Positions 1-9,044 of a stretch of DNA of 64,000 bases are shown here, one piece after another; the first letter of the stretch is position 1, and each line of letters opens with the position of its first letter. Source of the stretch: Bacteroidota bacterium. Lineage in GTDB: Bacteria > Bacteroidota > Bacteroidia > Bacteroidales > UBA10428. Under the pieces are notes generated by a model that ran no database searches, was not told the origin of the DNA, and saw only the letters and a list, made by a program, of their open reading frames with translations. Location: positions 32,052-96,051 of the forward strand of contig JAEZZA010000004.1 of the NCBI GenBank assembly GCA_023442525.1. Direction: 5' to 3'. Both the position numbers and the translations under genes were made by a program.

Positions 1-784
1 CTTTTCCTTTCATAATCAGCCGTTCGATGGAATCGCGGTGAGTAACCCTCACCACGTCCTGATCGATAATGGGACCGGCATCCAGGTCGCAGGTAACATA
101 ATGACTTGTAGCACCAATAATTTTGACGCCTCTCTCATAGGCCGAATGGTAAGGCTTTGCTCCCGGAAAAGCCGGTAAAAACGAATGATGTATGTTGATA
201 ATCTCATTCGGATAAACACTTATGAATTTCTCACTGAGTACCTGCATGTACCGGGCAAGCACAATAAAATCCACCTTGTGCTTTTTGAGCAGTTCGAGTT
301 CGACTTTTTCTTTTTCTGCTTTGTTCCCGGCATTCTTTTCGATATGGTAAAAAGGAATATTAAACTGCCGGGCAACAGGTTCCAGATCGGTATGATTACT
401 TATGACCAGAGGAATATCCACCTCCCATTCACCTGCATATACTCTGGATAAAATATCATACAGGCAATGCGACATTTTTGAGACGAAGATGGCCATGCGG
501 GGTTGCCTGTTGCTGAAATAGAGCTTCCATGTCATCTTGTATCTTTCAGCGATCAGTGTACCGAAATAATCCGCCAGTTTTTTTTCAGGGATCGTGAAAC
601 CCTCCATTTCCCATTCCACACGCATGTAAAATGTATTGTCAAGCCGGTCGACGTGTTCATCGAGAGTGATGATGTTCCCGTTATTGTCGTTTATAAAAGC
701 CGTGATCACCGCAACAATTCCCTTGCTGTCGGGACAGTGTATAAGCAGGATGGCTGAGTTTTTATTTCTGCGCGTAAGTGTCAT
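1..784 (-). CDS. purU: Formyltetrahydrofolate deformylase, C-terminal end cut by window edge
   Basis: Not in the ORF track because it runs off the window. My minus-strand translation from ATG 784-782 reads [46 protein letters not shown] (ACT-like N-terminus), then [50 protein letters not shown] (formyltransferase core). The start overlaps the hisB stop as ATGA (781-784). Confidence 0.8.
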   Translation of the reverse strand, partial: MTLTRRNKNSAILLIHCPDSKGIVAVITAFINDNNGNIITLDEHVDRLDNTFYMRVEWEMEGFTIPEKKLADYFGTLIAERYKMTWKLYFSNRQPRMAIFVSKMSHCLYDILSRVYAGEWEVDIPLVISNHTDLEPVARQFNIPFYHIEKNAGNKAEKEKVELELLKKHKVDFIVLARYMQVLSEKFISVYPNEIINIHHSFLPAFPGAKPYHSAYERGVKIIGATSHYVTCDLDAGPIIDQDVVRVTHRDSIERLIMKGK

Positions 785-1905
785 AGCATTCCTTTTGTTG
801 AAGGCAGGGATGTATCAAGAACATTTCGCCGGACGGCCATTTTTATGGATTTAGCCAGGGCTTTGAATATGGCCTCGATTTTGTGGTGCTCGTTATTTCC
901 CCGGGCTAAAATATTGAGGTTACATTTTGCTGAATCTGAAAACGATTTGAAAAAATGCATGAACATCTCGGTGGGCATCTCTCCGATTTTTTCCCTGGTG
1001 AATTCGGCATCCCACACAAGCCACGGGCGCCCGCCGAAATCAATCAAAACCTGGGCCATACAATCGTCCATCGGCAGGGCGAATCCATATCGTTCAATGC
1101 CGGTTTTATTGCCGAGTGCCCGGTAAAAGCATTCACCAAGAGCCAGGGCTGTGTCTTCAATAGTATGATGCTCATCCACGTGAAGATCACCCTCGACCCT
1201 TACAACCAGGTCGCAGCCCGAATGCCGTGCAAGCTGGCTGATCATGTGATCAAAAAAACCGAGACCCGTGGATATGTCATATTTTCCGGATCCGTCGAGG
1301 TTCAGCTCAACGGCGATTTTGGTTTCCGCTGTGTTACGCTCTACACGGGTTTTGCGAATCTCTCTTGAAACCAGTTCGAAAATTTCATCCCAGCTTTGTA
1401 CCAACCATTCTGTCTCAATTCCCGATACATTCAGTTCGCCCTGGGAATGATCATCGCCGGGTGCGTATAGAATTCCTTTTGTGCCCAGGTTTCGCGCAAG
1501 CCGGATATCTGTAAACCTGTCGCCTATTACATAAGAATTCTTAAGATCATAATCTCCGCTGAGATACCGGGTAAGCATGCCAATTCCGGGTTTTCGCGTC
1601 GGCGCGTTATCCGAAGGCATTGAACGGTCGATCAGAATATCATCAAATTCAATTCCTTCGTTCTGAAATGCCTTTAACATTTTCGACTGAACAATCCGGA
1701 ACGATTCTACGGGATAGCCTGCCGTACCCAGACCGTCCTGGTTGGATACAATTACCAGCTCGTAATCGAGCAACTTTCGTATTTGGTAAAGGTTACGGAA
1801 TACACCGGGCTTATATTCAAGCTTTTCAAGAGAGTCGACCTGGAAATCAACCGGTGGCTCTTCGATCAGCGTTCCGTCACGATCGATGAAGAGGGCTTTT
1901 TTCAT
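781..1905 (-). CDS. hisB: Bifunctional histidinol-phosphatase / imidazoleglycerol-phosphate dehydratase
   Basis: N-terminal HAD phosphatase ([15 protein letters not shown]) is fused to an IGPD domain ([26 protein letters not shown]). Start placed at [11 protein letters not shown] (ATG 1905-1903). The track start at 1959 adds 18 unconserved-looking residues. Confidence 0.9.
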   Translation of the reverse strand: MKKALFIDRDGTLIEEPPVDFQVDSLEKLEYKPGVFRNLYQIRKLLDYELVIVSNQDGLGTAGYPVESFRIVQSKMLKAFQNEGIEFDDILIDRSMPSDNAPTRKPGIGMLTRYLSGDYDLKNSYVIGDRFTDIRLARNLGTKGILYAPGDDHSQGELNVSGIETEWLVQSWDEIFELVSREIRKTRVERNTAETKIAVELNLDGSGKYDISTGLGFFDHMISQLARHSGCDLVVRVEGDLHVDEHHTIEDTALALGECFYRALGNKTGIERYGFALPMDDCMAQVLIDFGGRPWLVWDAEFTREKIGEMPTEMFMHFFKSFSDSAKCNLNILARGNNEHHKIEAIFKALAKSIKMAVRRNVLDTSLPSTKGML

Positions 1906-1978
1906 ATTGTTTGGGACTAATGGACATTTGAAACATTTGTAAATTAATACTGCAACCAATTGGCCTGAAACATAATAC

Positions 1979-3010
1979 CTAGTACTGTTCCAGGTAATTC
2001 AGCAACAAACGGTTCTCCTCCGGAGATCCAACGGTAATCCGTAAAAATCCTTCACACAGGGCCACTTTCGAGCGGTCGCGTACAATCACCTTTTTACAGA
2101 TCAGATAATTAAACACTTCCTGGGGATTGTCAAATTTCACCATCAGAAAATTCGCATCGCTGGGTAAGATCTTTTTTACCATGGGCAAACGGGTAAGTTC
2201 TTTAACCAGGTATTGACGTTCATGTAAGATATCCCTGATCCATTTTTCTACTCCCGCTGTATTCGAAAGGCATTCCATCGCCGTTTTCTGTGTGAGAATA
2301 TTGATGTTATACGGATACTTGATCTTATTCAAAACCTGGATAATCTCTCTTGCTGCGTATGCCAGTCCCAACCGGATGCCTGCCATTCCCCATGCCTTGC
2401 TGAATGTCTGAAGTATTACCAGGTTCAGGAATTCTCCAAGACGGTCGCTCAGCGAAGATTCCTTTGAAAAATCAATATAAGCCTCATCAACCACTACCAA
2501 TCCGTTAAAGGATCTTACCAGCTGCAGAACCGCATCCCGGTTCAGGCTGTTTGATGTAGGATTATTGGGCGAACAAAGGAAAAGGATTTTACTGTTTTCA
2601 TCAGATGCGGATAACATGGCACTGGCATCGGGCTGATAATCGGCATCGAGCAGTACCTCGCGGATCTCAACATTATTTACGTTTGCACATACCTTATACA
2701 TTCCGTAAGTAGGCTTAATGCTCACAATGTTGTCGTGCATGGGTTCACAGAAAGCCCTTATGAGAAGGTCTATGGCTTCATCGCTGCCGTTTCCGAGAAA
2801 AATATTCTCAACCGGAACATTTTTCACTTCCGAAATCTTCTTTTTCAGTTTTAGCTGTTGCGGATCGGGATACCGGTTCAGCGGATTGTTGAATGGATTT
2901 TCATTGGCATCGAGAAATACTGCTTCCTCGCCTTTGTATTCGTCACGTGCCGAAGAGTAGGGGACCATTTCCCTGATGTTCTTCCTGATTAGTTTATTAA
3001 TATCCGGCAT
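1979..3010 (-). CDS. hisC: Histidinol-phosphate aminotransferase
   Basis: 343 aa class I/II aminotransferase with PLP-lysine context [15 protein letters not shown] and the SPNNPTSN motif. It sits between hisD and hisB. Confidence 0.9.
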   Translation of the reverse strand: MPDINKLIRKNIREMVPYSSARDEYKGEEAVFLDANENPFNNPLNRYPDPQQLKLKKKISEVKNVPVENIFLGNGSDEAIDLLIRAFCEPMHDNIVSIKPTYGMYKVCANVNNVEIREVLLDADYQPDASAMLSASDENSKILFLCSPNNPTSNSLNRDAVLQLVRSFNGLVVVDEAYIDFSKESSLSDRLGEFLNLVILQTFSKAWGMAGIRLGLAYAAREIIQVLNKIKYPYNINILTQKTAMECLSNTAGVEKWIRDILHERQYLVKELTRLPMVKKILPSDANFLMVKFDNPQEVFNYLICKKVIVRDRSKVALCEGFLRITVGSPEENRLLLNYLEQY

Positions 3011-3025
3011 ATTTGTTTCTGTGCA

Positions 3026-4300
3026 TTATTTGATTCTGATGGCAACCGCATTTTTATGCGCTTCAAGATTTTCGGTTTCTGCCATTTTCATTATGGCACT
3101 GCCGATATTCATAAGACCTTCACGCGTTAATTCCTGGAATGTGATCTTTTTAATGAACGAATCAAGATTTACTCCGCTGTACGCCTTGGCATATCCGCTG
3201 GTTGGCAGAGTGTGGTTAGTTCCTGAAGCATAATCTCCCGCGCTTTCAGTCGACCAGTGTCCAATGAATACCGACCCTGCATTGACGATTTTTGCCGACA
3301 ATTCAGGGGCATTATCTGTGGAAATGATCAGGTGCTCGGGCGCGTAATCATTCACCATCTCCATGATTTCGTCATAATTGCCGAGTACAAAACAACGGCT
3401 GTTTTTGAGCGAGGCCACAGCTATATCCCTACGGGGCAACAATTCAACCTGCCGTTTAACTTCGCTTACTACAGCCTCAGCGATCTTTTCGTTATTGCTG
3501 AACAGCAAAACCTGGCTGTCGGTTCCATGTTCAGCCTGCGATAACAGATCGGCAGCTACAAAGGATGGATTGGACGATTCATCGGCCACTACGGCAAGTT
3601 CTGAGGGCCCCGCAGGCATATCTATTGCCACCAGTCCCCTCGAAACAACCTGCTTGGCAGCAGTGACATATTGATTTCCGGGGCCGAATATCTTGTATAC
3701 TTTTGGGATAGTTTGTGTACCATAAGCCATGGCAGCTATGGCCTGGGCTCCTCCAACTTTAAATATTCTTTTTATCCCTGAAACCTTTGCAGAATATAGC
3801 ACTGCGGGATGAATACTGCCATCTGCCGATGGCGGAGTGCATAGTACGATTTCTTTGCATCCTGCAATGCGGGCGGGAATAGCCAGCATGAGGACTGTTG
3901 AAAATAACGGTGCCGTTCCGCCGGGAATGTAAAATCCGACCTTTTCAATCGCCAGGCTTTTCTGCCAGCAACTTACTCCCGGGTCTGTAATTACACGGTT
4001 GCCGGCTGAAACCTGCATAGTATGAAAGGCCTCAATATTGTCGCTTGCCTGTTTAATTGCATTTTTGAGCTCCTGATCTACGGATTTTTCTGCATTCTGA
4101 TATTCCGTTTCTGTAACTTCGAACGATTGCAGAAGCACTTTATCAAATTTCAGGGAATATTCTCTGACAGCATCATCTCCTCTCATCCGTACTGCTTCGA
4201 TAATGGGCGATACCAATGCATCTATATCGGCACTGCCGAGCAACGGTCGTTGCAACAGTTCAGACCATTCAGCTTTGGGCGGGTATTTAATTATTTTCAT
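3026..4300 (-). CDS. hisD: Histidinol dehydrogenase
   Basis: 424 aa with typical HisD blocks (IPGGTAPLFSTVLM, LLSQAEHG, GDYASGTNHTLPT), in a his operon context. Confidence 0.92.
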   Translation of the reverse strand: MKIIKYPPKAEWSELLQRPLLGSADIDALVSPIIEAVRMRGDDAVREYSLKFDKVLLQSFEVTETEYQNAEKSVDQELKNAIKQASDNIEAFHTMQVSAGNRVITDPGVSCWQKSLAIEKVGFYIPGGTAPLFSTVLMLAIPARIAGCKEIVLCTPPSADGSIHPAVLYSAKVSGIKRIFKVGGAQAIAAMAYGTQTIPKVYKIFGPGNQYVTAAKQVVSRGLVAIDMPAGPSELAVVADESSNPSFVAADLLSQAEHGTDSQVLLFSNNEKIAEAVVSEVKRQVELLPRRDIAVASLKNSRCFVLGNYDEIMEMVNDYAPEHLIISTDNAPELSAKIVNAGSVFIGHWSTESAGDYASGTNHTLPTSGYAKAYSGVNLDSFIKKITFQELTREGLMNIGSAIMKMAETENLEAHKNAVAIRIK

Positions 4301-4354
4301 AAGAAAGACTTTAGAGACTTAGTGACCATAGAGACTTTAGGGATCAAACATATT

Positions 4355-5215
4355 TCAGGTAATCATCTTCTCTATCGGTATCACCAATATACCTTCAGCA
4401 CCGTTTTCCTTGAGCTTGCCAATAATCTCCCAGAATTCATTTTCGTTTACCACAGAATGCACCGAACTCCATCCCTCTTGATAGAGCGGGAGAACGGTTG
4501 GACTTTTCATACCGGGCAGCAATTCAACAATTTTATCAAGGTTTTCATTGGGTGCGTTAAGCAGAATGTACTTGTTGTTTTTCGACCGCCGCACTGCCTG
4601 GAAACGGAACAAAAGGTCATTTAATATTTTCCTCCTTTTTGCACTCAGCTCAGGTGATGAGATGACAACAGCTTCGGATCGGGTTACTATTTCCACCTCC
4701 TTTAAACGGTTTGAAATCAGCGTACTTCCTGTGCTCACAATATCGAAAATAGCGTCTGCCAGGCCGATTCCGGGAGCAATTTCAACTGATCCGCTTATTT
4801 CATGTATTTCTGAGTTAAGCTTATTCTTTTTCAGAAACTTTTTGAGAATTACCGGGTAAGAAGTGGCAATTCGTTTATTATTGAAGTATGAAAGATCTTC
4901 ATACACGTCGGATTGTGGAATAGCCAGTGAAAGACGACATTTGGCAAATCCGAGACGCTCCACGATATCTACATTGCGATCACGTTCTATTACCTCATTC
5001 TCGCCTACAATGCCAATATCTGCGACAGCATCAGCTACATATTGCGGAATGTCGTCGTCACGCAGGTACAGGATCTCTACGGGGAAATTTTCTCCAATTG
5101 AGATCAGTTTTCTCTTGCTGTCCTGGTTATGCCGGATACCTGATTCTCTTATAAGCTCCAGCGATTTCTCGCTGAGCCGGCCATCTTTCTGAATTGCAAT
5201 TTTTAATTTTTCCAT
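4355..5215 (-). CDS. hisG: ATP phosphoribosyltransferase, long form
   Basis: 286 aa. Begins MEKLKIAIQKDGRLSEKS, contains DIVSTGSTL, and has a C-terminal regulatory domain. It is the first gene after the leader/attenuator. Confidence 0.9.
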   Translation of the reverse strand: MEKLKIAIQKDGRLSEKSLELIRESGIRHNQDSKRKLISIGENFPVEILYLRDDDIPQYVADAVADIGIVGENEVIERDRNVDIVERLGFAKCRLSLAIPQSDVYEDLSYFNNKRIATSYPVILKKFLKKNKLNSEIHEISGSVEIAPGIGLADAIFDIVSTGSTLISNRLKEVEIVTRSEAVVISSPELSAKRRKILNDLLFRFQAVRRSKNNKYILLNAPNENLDKIVELLPGMKSPTVLPLYQEGWSSVHSVVNENEFWEIIGKLKENGAEGILVIPIEKMIT

Positions 5216-5231
5216 TACGGGTTTTTGTTAT

Positions 5232-5261
5232 AAAAAAGGGGTTTGCAGTATTGCAAACCCC
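5232..5261 (-). terminator. Intrinsic terminator of the his attenuator
   Basis: In RNA sense the sequence is GGGGUUUGCA-AUAC-UGCAAACCCC followed by UUUUUU: a perfect 10-bp stem, 4-nt loop and U6. It lies 16 nt upstream of the hisG ATG and 42 nt downstream of the leader stop. Confidence 0.8.
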
Positions 5262-5303
5262 TTTCGATATTATTGTCAGAGACACATACTGCCATTTTCC
5301 GTA

Positions 5304-5345
5304 TTACGGCCGGTGATGGTGATGATGTGTCCTTTGATATTTCAT
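5304..5345 (-). CDS. His-operon leader peptide (13 codons, 5 consecutive His codons)
   Basis: Minus-strand ATG AAA TAT CAA AGG ACA CAT CAT CAC CAT CAC CGG CCG TAA encodes MKYQRTHHHHHRP. It is too short for the ORF track. It sits between a -7-like box and the terminator, upstream of hisG. Confidence 0.7.
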   Translation of the reverse strand: MKYQRTHHHHHRP

Positions 5346-5363
5346 ATTTATGATTTTGTTCTG

Positions 5364-5371
5364 CAAATATA
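5364..5371 (-). promoter_or_regulatory. Candidate Bacteroidota -7 promoter box (TATATTTG) for the his leader
   Basis: The minus strand reads TATATTTG, matching the TAnnTTTG consensus, and ends 18 nt upstream of the leader ATG. No clear -33 TTTG was found. Confidence 0.4.
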
Positions 5372-5412
5372 GTAATTTTATAGACACAATGCAACTATGA
5401 AGGAATTATTTT

Positions 5413-5466
5413 AAGGTTCCAAAGGTTCCAAAGGTTCCAGGGGTTCCAGGGGTCCCAGGGGTTTCG
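5413..5466. repeat. 6 x 9-bp degenerate tandem array
   Basis: The units are AAGGTTCCA x3, GGGGTTCCA, GGGGTCCCA, GGGGTTTCG. The array lies between the stop of the rRNA methyltransferase gene (5472) and the his promoter. Confidence 0.9.
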
Positions 5467-5471
5467 CAGAT

Positions 5472-6827
5472 TTACTTTCTCTCCAACATCACCACCGTCT
5501 CCAAATGATGTGTATGCGGGAGCATGTCAAAGGGTTGAATGCGTGTGATGTGGTAAACTTCGGTGAGCTGCTTCAGATCGAAGGCCAGCGAAACCGGATT
5601 ACAGCTCAGGTAAATCACCTTCCGCGCGCCGGAGGCATTAATGGTTTTTTTAATTTCAATAAGAGTGCCCGAACGCGGGGGATCCAGAACGATCAAATCA
5701 GGAGAACCGTTTTCACGCAGAAAGCCGGTGGTAAATGTTTTTAGTATATCACCCTGAATAAAATGGGTATTCTTAAGATTATTCATTTCTGCATTGGCCC
5801 TTGCATCTTCAATTGCCTGTGCCGATCCTTCGATACCCGTCACATGTCCCGCATCTTTAGCCAGGTAGTGTGCAATAGTGCCGACTCCGGTATACAGATC
5901 CACAACTTTGTCGTTTTTGCCCGCCTGCGCCCATTCGCGGATCGTCTGGAAAATATTCCCGGCCTGAGCTACATTGGGCTGGAAAAAAGATGAAGCATGT
6001 ATCCGGAATTTGAACTCCCCTGATGTTTCCATGATATAGGGCTGAGTTCCCTTAAAAGTGCAGATCTCGCCATGTAGCTGGCTATGCCTGGGTGATAGAT
6101 GAACCGTATAATTTAAGGATACAATCTGTTTGAATTTTTTCATCAGATCGGTCATCAGTTTTTCACGCAGTCCGGGGTCGTCGCGATGCAATCCCAGGAC
6201 AAGCATGATCTGGCCGTCTTTATTGATACGGATGGATAGACTTCTTAAAAACCCTGAATCAGCCTGTGCATCGTAATATTCAACACTTCTCGAATAGGAG
6301 TATGCCTTAATAAACTCACAAATTGCACGTGACATCCTCGGTTGCAGATAGCATTCAAGTATATCATTCACCGATTTTGAATCTTCCGAACTATGGAACC
6401 CCAGTATGTCAGGTGCAGAAAAGGAATATTCCATCCGGTGTCTGTAGAAATGAAGCATCGGTGAAGGAATTACCTTTGGTATATCCGTAAACGGAATGTT
6501 GTATTTTTTTAACGCGTTAACAAGTATTTCGGATTTCAGAGTGAGCTGATTCGAATATTCAATATGCTGCCAGGGGCATCCCCCGCACTCTTTTGAATGT
6601 ATACAATAAGGATAGATCCGGAATTTCGAAGGCAATAAGATCCGGGCAATTGAACCGGTCCGGAATCCCAGCTTCCTGCGCTGAGTTGTAAATAATACTT
6701 CCTCGCCGGGAATTCCATTATCCATAAATACGTTTTTCTCATCGTGTATTGCCATGCAACGTCCCGACGAATGTATTTGTACAAGCTTAACCGGCCCTTT
6801 TACCGTTTTTCTTTGAAAATCAGACAT
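5472..6827 (-). CDS. rlmD: 23S rRNA (uracil-C5)-methyltransferase, RumA/RlmD family
   Basis: 451 aa. N-terminal TRAM-like region plus Cys cluster (CIHSKECGGCPWQH). SAM methyltransferase fold (VDLYTGVGTIA, LDPPRSG) with catalytic Cys context YLSCNP. Confidence 0.75.
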   Translation of the reverse strand: MSDFQRKTVKGPVKLVQIHSSGRCMAIHDEKNVFMDNGIPGEEVLFTTQRRKLGFRTGSIARILLPSKFRIYPYCIHSKECGGCPWQHIEYSNQLTLKSEILVNALKKYNIPFTDIPKVIPSPMLHFYRHRMEYSFSAPDILGFHSSEDSKSVNDILECYLQPRMSRAICEFIKAYSYSRSVEYYDAQADSGFLRSLSIRINKDGQIMLVLGLHRDDPGLREKLMTDLMKKFKQIVSLNYTVHLSPRHSQLHGEICTFKGTQPYIMETSGEFKFRIHASSFFQPNVAQAGNIFQTIREWAQAGKNDKVVDLYTGVGTIAHYLAKDAGHVTGIEGSAQAIEDARANAEMNNLKNTHFIQGDILKTFTTGFLRENGSPDLIVLDPPRSGTLIEIKKTINASGARKVIYLSCNPVSLAFDLKQLTEVYHITRIQPFDMLPHTHHLETVVMLERK

Positions 6828-7020
6828 TAATCTGAAGTTTTGTTTAATCGGTCAAAATTATATGGAATTTCATAAGGATTACACGTTTCAGATATAAATT
6901 TAATTTTTGGTTTCCTGTAATGCATTAATTACGGGCGTAATAGAAAAAGTCGGACATGTATCTGAAAAATTTTCTAAATTTAATCAGGTAAGAAATCAGA
7001 ATGACCAGCACGCGGACAAC

Positions 7021-7770
7021 ATGATACTGAAATCCATAATAGTAGATGATGAAAAACCCTCAAGGGAGGCACTTGCCAGGTGTCTTTCGGAGTACTGTAG
7101 TGATGTGGAAGTTGTGGCATCATGTAATTCAGTAAAAACCGGCTATAATGCCATTATTAAATACGATCCTCACCTCGTATTTCTGGATATTGATATACCG
7201 GAAAAAGATGGATTCGAACTTCTGAAAATGTTTAATCCAATCCGGTTTAAGGTTGTATTTATTACTGCCTATGCCGAACATGCCATAAAAGCTTTTCGCT
7301 TCTCAGCAACTGATTATCTTCTGAAACCTCTTATAGTGGATGAATTGATTGAAGCTGTGAACAAGGTAAGGACTGAAATTCAGAACATGACCGGTAGTAT
7401 TAATCTTCAGAAGCTGATGGAAACCATCGGCAAAGGGAATGATGAATTCCGGCAACTTGTTATCTCGGACAATAACGGGTTTAAAGTGATAGACACGTCA
7501 GATATTATTATGTGCGAGGCAGACGGATACTGCACCTATTTTTATCTATCGGGAAGTGAAAAAATAACAAGCTCGAAAAATCTTAAACACTACGAGGAAT
7601 TGCTTGCCAAGCACGGTTTTATTCGGGTACATAATTCATTCATGATCAACCTTCAGCACATAAAAAGCTACAGCAACCAGGGCGAAATTTTGCTATCCCG
7701 TAATCTGCACTGTCCCTTGGGTAATGCTTTTAAACAGCGATTTCTGGAGCGATTCAGGAAAAACAGGTAG
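7021..7770 (+). CDS. LytTR-family response regulator (REC + LytTR DNA-binding domain)
   Basis: REC domain IIVDDEKPSREAL...VFLDIDIPEKDGFELL, and LytTR domain FIRVHNSFMINLQHIKSY. ATG 7021 was chosen; the track ORF begins at TTG 6907. No histidine kinase is adjacent. Confidence 0.85.
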   Translation: MILKSIIVDDEKPSREALARCLSEYCSDVEVVASCNSVKTGYNAIIKYDPHLVFLDIDIPEKDGFELLKMFNPIRFKVVFITAYAEHAIKAFRFSATDYLLKPLIVDELIEAVNKVRTEIQNMTGSINLQKLMETIGKGNDEFRQLVISDNNGFKVIDTSDIIMCEADGYCTYFYLSGSEKITSSKNLKHYEELLAKHGFIRVHNSFMINLQHIKSYSNQGEILLSRNLHCPLGNAFKQRFLERFRKNR

Positions 7771-7850
7771 TATAAATCTTGTTTGTTAGTCGGGCACGGG
7801 TGTTTGTAGGAAAAATAGCCGTATTAGTTATATTGCAATAATTCTTGCAC

Positions 7851-7873
7851 CCGAAATCTTTTATTTTGCATAC
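7851..7873 (+). promoter_or_regulatory. Copy A of a duplicated 23-bp AT-rich box upstream of darA
   Basis: CCGAAATCTTTTATTTTGCATAC resembles copy B at 8021-8043 (CCGAAATCTTTTTAATTTTATAC). The first 12 nt are identical. Confidence 0.35.
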
Positions 7874-7904
7874 TCAACACACATGATCCGCGCTTTCTTA
7901 CCAC

Positions 7905-7942
7905 AACCGGTCATTTTCGGGTTCCTCTGGAATTGACCGGTT
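7905..7942 (+). promoter_or_regulatory. Perfect 9-bp inverted repeat with 20-nt spacer in the darA upstream region
   Basis: AACCGGTCA (7905-7913) and TGACCGGTT (7934-7942) are followed by TACTTTTTCTGTTT. This could be a terminator for the upstream regulator gene or an operator/leader hairpin. Confidence 0.4.
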
Positions 7943-8020
7943 TACTTTTTCTGTTTGCAGGATTCTTCCAGGGATCCGGGCCGTGTATTGGCATGCAAAG
8001 TATTCACATAGTTCCTTTCT

Positions 8021-8043
8021 CCGAAATCTTTTTAATTTTATAC
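8021..8043 (+). promoter_or_regulatory. Copy B of the duplicated box, likely core promoter region of darA
   Basis: CCGAAATCTTTTTAATTTTATAC ends 18 nt before the darA ATG (8062). Confidence 0.35.
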
Positions 8044-8061
8044 CCAAACTAACATTGTAGT

Positions 8062-8979
8062 ATGGGTAAAAAAGTATTGGTCGTTTATTACTCACAAACC
8101 GGACAGCTCAGAGAAATAACGGATACTATTACCAGCGCCTTGTCGGCCGCTGACGGTATTACTGTGACTTATGAAGAACTGAATCCCGATCCGCCCTTTC
8201 CGTTTCCATGGTCATCCGATCAGTTTTTTCAGGCTATGCCGGAATCAGTAAAAGGAATTCCCTGTAAACTGGAGCCATTAAAGGTTAATCCCGATGAAAA
8301 TTTCGATCTCATTATCCTTGCCTGGCAACCCTGGTACCTTTCACCTTCGATCCCTATTCATGGTTTTATGCAGCTTCCCGAAGCAAAAAGGCTGATGTCG
8401 GGTAAACCTGTAATCACTGTGATTGGCAGCAGGAACATGTGGGTAATGGCTCAAAACAGGATTAAAGAATACATAAAAGCAAACGGTGCCAGGCTTGTCG
8501 GTAATATTGTTCTGTTCGACAGGGCATCGAACCTGTTAAGCGTCATATCCATTATCCGGTGGATGTTCAAAGGGAAAAAAGAGAGGTTCATGAAGATCAT
8601 ACCTCCAGCGGGAGTTTCGGAAGAAGATATCCGTAAATCTGCAGAATATGGAGTTACCATTAAGGATGCTTTGCTGAACGAAAATTTTGATAATCTGAAT
8701 GATGAATTGATTAAGCAGGGTGCCATTGATGTAAACCCCGCCGTTGTAATGATCGAAAAAAGAGGTATAATTTTCTTCAGGATATGGGCAGGTTTTATCC
8801 TTAAGAAAGGGGGATATGGCGATCCGAAGCGGCTTACAAGAATACGGATGTTTAAATACTACCTTCTGACTGTTCTCTATCTTGTATCACCGTTCGCTTC
8901 ATTGTTATACGCCATTATCAGGCCTTTCAGAACAGAGACGATAAAAAAACAGATTACTTTATATCAATCTACCGACTGA
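8062..8979 (+). CDS. darA: DarA-like dialkylresorcinol biosynthesis protein (flavodoxin-like N-terminus, C-terminal membrane anchor)
   Basis: 305 aa with flavodoxin-like start MGKKVLVVYYSQTGQLREI and hydrophobic C-terminal segments. It lies directly upstream of a KAS III-like gene, the darA-darB arrangement known from flexirubin clusters. Confidence 0.7.
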   Translation: MGKKVLVVYYSQTGQLREITDTITSALSAADGITVTYEELNPDPPFPFPWSSDQFFQAMPESVKGIPCKLEPLKVNPDENFDLIILAWQPWYLSPSIPIHGFMQLPEAKRLMSGKPVITVIGSRNMWVMAQNRIKEYIKANGARLVGNIVLFDRASNLLSVISIIRWMFKGKKERFMKIIPPAGVSEEDIRKSAEYGVTIKDALLNENFDNLNDELIKQGAIDVNPAVVMIEKRGIIFFRIWAGFILKKGGYGDPKRLTRIRMFKYYLLTVLYLVSPFASLLYAIIRPFRTETIKKQITLYQSTD

Positions 8980-9044
8980 GGTACTGTTTTTTTTATAGTT
9001 TTGCAGTTTTATAAAGTTATGTAGTCCTAATTTTTTCATTTTCT

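Noticed and set aside
185-757. Plus-strand ORFs of 88 and 84 aa at the left edge.
   Set aside because: They lie antisense to a clearly recognisable purU reading frame. Their sequences are low in complexity and unconserved-looking, so I treat them as shadow ORFs.
4022-4624. 200-aa plus-strand ORF spanning the hisD/hisG junction.
   Set aside because: It is antisense to two well-supported his genes and crosses their intergenic gap. It is rich in F, I and L, as expected from reading AT-biased antisense codons.
5413-5466. The 9-bp array read on the minus strand gives a collagen-like G-T-P/G-T-F repeat.
   Set aside because: There is no start codon. The array lies immediately after the stop of the upstream gene, and the frame closes with stops after the array. 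It is not part of any ORF.
7898-8095. 65-aa minus-strand ORF overlapping the darA start.
   Set aside because: It has no recognisable features, overlaps the darA start and promoter-like box, and is probably non-coding.
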